Positions 58,048 to 64,000 of a stretch of 64,000 nucleotides of DNA are shown here, one piece after another (within the stretch, counting starts at the first letter, position 1; the number at the start of each line of letters is the position of its first letter). Below the pieces are notes generated by a model. That model did no database searches and was not told the DNA's origin. It was given only the letters and a program-made list of their open reading frames with translations. Origin of the DNA: the human T2T-CHM13v2.0 reference genome, Homo sapiens; NCBI RefSeq assembly GCF_009914755.1, contig NC_060932.1; one strand, given 5' to 3'. The position numbers and the translations under genes are program-made.

Positions 58048-60839
58048 ATTAATTACGAATTTTTAAAGTAGATTTATTTTCCTTGTAGAGATAGTCTCTT
58101 ACTCAGTTGGCCAGGCTGGTTCAAACTCCTGGCCTCAAGTGATCCTCCCACCTTGGCCTCCCAAATTGTTCGGATTACAGGCATGAAGCACTGCACCCAG
58201 CCTATAAACCTTTATCTTAATTTTCAGGTTTCAGACCAATTCACTGCATGTATGTATGATTACATTGTTGCTATATTCTTTCCTAATGAATTATGAAATT
58301 CACACATGAACTCAGGAGAAGTCCAAAACTCAAATCCTCTTTACATTCTTTCAATTCACCAAGCTTTTTCCTCTTTCACCCTGATGGCCCCTGAAGTGCA
58401 TCTCTACTGAGGCTCTCTTCTGACTCAATGGAATAAAAATGGTCACTTTTTTCCTCAAATTACGATGTGCAGATAGTAACTTGGACAGTAATTACCCCAT
58501 TGTAGGCTTGCAGTGACTAAAGTATTAAACCTTTGTAAATATACTGCCAGTGTTTCATGCCGTATGTTTCAAAATGCCTCTTTGCATGTATGTTTATCTG
58601 CCCTAAAAGCTTATAGAAAGCAGAAAAAGAATCTTCTGTTGTATGGATTATAAAGGACCCAGAGAAACATTTAATAAATTAATTTAATAATGAATATGGT
58701 AACTTACACGTAATCAACAATGTAATTCCTGCACTCACTTTGAATATATAGCTTCTAATTGGATTTATGTAATACTTTTTCTCCAAAGAGCTTCACAGGC
58801 TACGAACACAAGGCAACCTAATAAATGAAAAAAAGGCAGGCGCCAGCCAGAAGCGGCTCACGAAACAGTATAAAAAGATAGGTTGTTATGGAGGATGCTC
58901 TCAATAAAAAAGACGGTGGAAGGGCAGTTTGCAGAGTATGCTAAGAAAAATTTCACTTACAAATAAAGATTGAGGATGAGAAAAGTAAGAATTTTTCCAT
59001 GAGCTTTCTCAAATGGCATGAAAAGTAGGAATGATTTATTTCAGTTGAAAATATTTATTTTATAGGTTGTTTAAAGCACAGAGTAGAGCTGGATCTACTT
59101 GCCTTGCAATAGAAACAAATTTGTTTTCTAGTTTCCTGGCCTGTAGTGGATTTAGAAAAGGATGTTAGAGGTAGGCATAGGAATAATAGTGAGAGGAGAT
59201 AGGCCAGAACAGAGGAAACCGAAAAACTACTAAAAATAAAAAAGAGCTCAGAGAGCAGAGTACTAGTGGGAGAGGTGCAAATATAAAATTTTATTAAATA
59301 TAAGGGCAAACAGTCTGAAAGACCTAAGGGTACCAGCAAGCAATACTTGGGTACCAGCAGCAAGATTAGAGTGATTACTTATATTATCAGATTAAATTAT
59401 GTTATGTGTATGATGTTTAAAGAAACAGAAACACAGTGAATATGAAATGCTCATTAGAAAAGTTTTTATCCAAAATGTTGTTTTTAAATTGTTACTTTAA
59501 AGGTCAAGCAAAATTTGTTTTTTAAAGAGAATTTCTGTGGGACATGTTAAAAGAACCCGCATGCTTCCTCCCTCCCTTCCTCCCTCCCTTCCTTCTCTCC
59601 TCACCCTTCTCACAATTAGAGCTATACAGCTACCGGTGCGACTCTTTGACCTTGGGCAGGTAGGAAGCACGGTGTTAAGTCTGAATGTCAAACATACCAG
59701 CTTTGTAGGAGGCCTTTATGGGATGGACTTTTGGGTTGCTTTTCTAATCTCAACCTCATCCTTCCTTGACCTTGACTTTTATTTATATATTTTCCTAGTC
59801 TTGATTGTTTATTACCGTCTACCTTTCACCATTGTTTTTATTTATTATTTGTGCTATTGTTATAGGATATTGGAAATGCTTTATGGGGAAGATTGAGTCT
59901 ATGTTAACAAAGTCTCCTGAGACTTCTCTGAGATATCTCTGACCTGAGATAAATGGTTTAATATTTTCATTGATACTGCATCATACAATCAGTGAGAACT
60001 CAATGAAGAGCAGCCAAGCTCCTTGCAGATAAAATGAGATTTTCCAATGATATAACATTGTAAGTGCTTGAATAATTCCCTGGAGCTTTTTACCTCATAA
60101 TCTGCTGGACCTGGTTATTGAAAGGTTAATGCAAAATCACACATCCTGAAAATTTAAAGTTAAATTCTAAAAAGTTAAAATGGACTAAATATAATCACAG
60201 GAAATATGCACAACATGAAGGGCAGCCAAAAAACAGTCATAGCTGCTGATGACTTTAGAAGGAAGGAAGGTGGACGTCCTTAAAAAAAAAATGCAGCCCT
60301 GCCATTATCTGACAACGTCAACTCCATGTAGCCGTCATTCTGTCATTTGCCCACCTTTTTCGTTTGCCTAGAAACACTTGCAGAGAGTTGTCAGCTAAGA
60401 GTGTAAACCGATTGCTTTGTATAAATGTTTTATCAGAGCTCTCTCAAACTTTAGGGAAGCTAATATACATTTTATAGCTTTTGGGAGATTTTTAAAAACA
60501 ACATCCTTGAACTTTGTAATATATTAGGATCAAATCATTGCGTGATGTGATTTATAAATAGATTTGCTTATTTATGCTTATTTAATAGACATGCTAAGTC
60601 ATAAGGTACAGTTCAAGGTTCAGTATAACCCAAATCAGGGCATGTGGCTAATCTCCACCTTTTTGGTGTTCTGACTTCTGGAATACTGGGTCAGGAGTCC
60701 CAGAGAACTAATGTAAAGTTGAAGAGACCACATGCGGAATCCATGATAGTCATTTGATTACCATACAACCTGCTTTCACTAAGTCTTTGTAAGTCTCATT
60801 GTATCCTATAGTCTCTATAAATCTACAAGGAAAAAAAAA

Positions 60840-60998
60840 TTTGTTCTTTTTGAGACACAGTCTTGCTCTGTTGCCCAGGCTGGAGTAGAGTGGCACAGTC
60901 ACAACTCGCTGCAGCCTCGAACTCCCAGGCTCAACTGAGATTCCTTCCTCGGCCTCCCAAAGCGCTGGGATTACAGGCATGAGTCACCGAGCCAAGCC
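60840..60998 (-). mobile_element. FRAM-like Alu monomer
   Basis: Single right-arm-type monomer. Confidence 0.8.
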
Positions 60999-62557
60999 AG
61001 GAAAACAAAAGTCTTTCAAAGATAAAATTTTTACCATATCATAACCTGTAGCAGATTGTGGAAGCAAATCTATTTATAAATCACATCAGGTAATGATTTG
61101 ATTCTAATATATTACAAAGTCAAAGGATGCTGTTTTTAAAAATCTCCCCAAAGTCTATAACATGTATAATTTTATAGTACATTTATAGATTCTATATTAA
61201 TTATACAGTAATGTATAATTTAATCTCAAAATGTTAAATTGGAGAGAGCTCAGATAGAATACTTAAACAAAGCAATCACTTTCCACTCTCAGCTGACAAC
61301 TCCCTGCAAGTGTTTCTGGGCATTGACTGGGTTGGCTGTCTGTATTTTCTCCTCTGCTCTCTGCTCCCCATCAACCTTTATGAGTTGTCCCTTTCCCAGA
61401 CCTCCATGGTGTAACCATCTTCAGGATCTCAGCACCCCTGTTAGCACAATGTGAGCCGCACCTACCTCTGTGCCCACCATAGTAGACTTAGTGGGTACCA
61501 GCCCACATCAGAGCAAAAAGTCTCCTCCCAGGGATGCAGGCCCAAGAGAATTCAGTGTTAGCCTGGATTGTCTTCTAAAGAAAGAGATGTAAACCTGGGA
61601 GTGGTGCTGGTCAAATTCCTCCCTGTGGAGTAGGGAGATGAGTAAGCAGATGGGCAGAAAGAGAAAGAGGGATCAGAGAAGACTGAAGAATGGGCAAGCA
61701 GAAGATAGCAGAGGAGAGATGAAAAACAAGACCTATTGGAGTTGCATTGAGCCCCTGTGTCCCAGCTCCCAATCCAATTGCTTTTCAACATGTTGCAAGG
61801 GACACAGCTGTAAAGGTGTCCTTGCACTCTTGGCCCTCTGCTTCCTATAGGTGGATCCAGATGCTAAACTTCCAGGAGGATTGCACCTATACAATGATCC
61901 ACAGGACTCCTGTGTGTGAATGTTGAGGATGGGGTAAGGAGAGAAAAAGAGCAAGAGAACGTTGTCATGGGAACACTAAGGCAAATCACAAGATGAGAAA
62001 GGATTGAAACCCATTCTGCTATCTCAGGCTTTATTTATTCAAGTAATAAATCAAGACATCTGTGTCAAAACCAACGTAGCGTAAAATGAACTAAAGATAA
62101 GCTTTTCAATCCCATCAATACTGACTCCTAAATACCACATTCTTTTAAAATGGATGTTTCACTGCACATTTAATCTATATATCTGTTAAAATTACTATGT
62201 GAGCATTTGTGCATGCTCTTTCTTTGTTCTAGTTTCTTTTATAAAATTCTAAATGACTCACCAAGTAGAATTAATATAAAGACAGAATTATCTAGAATAC
62301 TATTTTATGAGAAAAACAACTTTTAGACTTATGACAGACCAGAAGTCAAACAGGCTTGAATAACGAAATGTTTACCTTTAATGAGGTAAGTGACTGCTTC
62401 CTGGGGGTTAAGTAGACCAGGGAGTCAATGTTCAACTCGTAATAGGGGACTTTATTTAACTAGAACCATTACAGGACAGACGGCTTGCAATACCGGTCCA
62501 AAATTCTGTGGTGGGAATTTGTATTACTGTTCAAAGAAAGCACTGACTCTTTCATAC

Positions 62558-62594
62558 CTGAATGTCTTGCTCCTCATGGAAATCCCAGTTTTCC
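62558..62594 (-). other. Exon B, 37 nt
   Basis: cttacctttcttag|GGAAAACTGGGATTTCCATGAGGAGCAAGACATTCAG|gtatga. Confidence 0.7.
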
Positions 62595-62694
62595 CTAAGA
62601 AAGGTAAGCTCACTCTATATGTAAGTTTCCTGTAGTGAAGTCATTTGACAAAATAATGAATCTTTAGAGATAAGCTGAGATAGAAGAAAATAGC

Positions 62695-62992
62695 TTTTTT
62701 TTTTTTTTTTTGAGACAGAGTCTAGCTCTGTCATCCAGGTTGGAGTGCAGTGGTGCAATCTTGGCTCATTACAACCTCCACCTTCTGGGTTCAAGCGATT
62801 CTCCTGCCTTAGACTCCCCAGTAGCTGAGATTACAAGCACCCACCACCATGCCTGGCTAATTTTTATATTTCTAGTAGAAATGGGGTTTCACCATGTTGG
62901 CAGGCTGAACTCAGACTCCTGACTTCAAATGATTTGCCAGCCTCAGCCTCCCAAAGTGCTGGGATTACAGGCGTAAGCCACCGCGCCTGGCC
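62695..62992 (-). mobile_element. AluS
   Basis: Alu dimer with T-tail. Confidence 0.95.
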
Positions 62993-63964
62993 AAAATAAA
63001 TTGTTTTAATACTTATCTTTCCTTAAAGAGTTTCATTCCCTTTCTGTATTCATAGATGCATAGGTATTATAGAATTTTTGAGGTAGAAAGATTTCCTGGA
63101 GAAAATGAGAGAAGCTAGCTTTGTTCAGGGAGATGTCAGAGGCCACAGAACTAGTTTGTCAGCAAAACCAGAGCTTCTTTGTCATCTTGTGAACTAAACA
63201 AAAACTTTCTACCCAAAAGGTAATGTACTTCATAGATTTACATTTCAGACATTAGTTTGATTTTAAGGAGTAACAGTCCAAGACAGAGAATTCACACTAT
63301 TTTTCCTAGTCTGCTAGACAGGGTCTGCACATGAGAAAATAGACCTCCATTGCATTTCCATTGATTAGGTAAACGAATGATGTCCCAGTGCCTGTCTCCC
63401 TCTCACACAAACCCCCTGGCTGGCTCCTTGCCTGTCATGCTCATTTCCTCGCTGTTTCCTAAACCCTGAACAGTCTTACAAGCTAGTGATCAAAGCTCAA
63501 AAAGTGAATTGGTTTTGAGGACCAACGGTGAGGTAGGAAGGGAGAAAGGAAGACCAAAATAGAGCAGTCAATCTTTTCGCAAATTTAAGGCCATAGATAA
63601 AATTGAGGTCAGTAAAAATGAGGGACATTAAAAAACTTATTTCACTAATTTTCTAAGGCTGCTTATATACCAAAAGTCACTGCCATTTTAAGACACAAAA
63701 TATGTAAAATATGAAGACCTAGCAAAAAAAAATTTAAGATGTGGAAATGTCCCGAAACGATGATAGAGAAAGCTTTTCCCCCCTGTCTTTTGAGTTGGGT
63801 CTGCTTTCCTTATCCTCTTATCTTTAGCCCCAAGTTCAAATCAAATGTGAACAGTTCCCTGGGTTCCCACAGAGGGGCAGCAGCACATGAGGCCCGGGAG
63901 ATGGTTAGGGCAGGCTCTGGTCCCGGCCCATAGAATATTCTCTGATTCACACTGACAGACTCAC

Positions 63965-64000
63965 CACAGAAATGTTAGAGCCGTCCGTTGGCACCACCCT
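63965..64000 (-). other. Exon A (partial, runs off the window)
   Basis: Minus strand ...CTCTAACATTTCTGTG|gtgagt, a consensus donor; non-repetitive sequence containing CpGs. Confidence 0.65.

Noticed and set aside
58739-58817. 79-nt segment with good minus-strand acceptor and donor (ttcatttattag ... AAA|gtgagt)
   Set aside because: Stops in all three frames and the core resembles an ancient SINE tail; cannot be supported as an exon without reads, though a noncoding exon is not excluded

Overview
Primate (human/great-ape type) genomic DNA, rich in interspersed repeats: about 30 Alus from FLAM/FRAM to AluY, L1PA/L1M, L2, MIR, L3/CR1, MaLR/ERV1/ERVL solo LTRs and hAT DNA transposons. No long ORF in the supplied track is a real gene; most are Alu-derived or L1 ORF2 remnants. 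The main hidden signal is on the minus strand: a chain of very small exons with canonical AG/GT sites (partial 36 nt at the window edge, then 37, 22, 30 or 7, 16, optional 261, 65 and 57 nt). It ends in a ~1.4 kb terminal exon with two AATAAA signals near 24860-24880. This is the 3' ~39 kb of a multi-microexon gene. The architecture matches my unverified recollection of the neural lncRNA RMST. One splice path through these exons gives an uninterrupted 91-codon frame that stops in the last exon and cannot be seen in the unspliced ORF track. The rest is intronic or downstream DNA with several informative insertion and repair scars. Repeat subfamily names come from memory of consensus sequences, and repeat boundaries are approximate.
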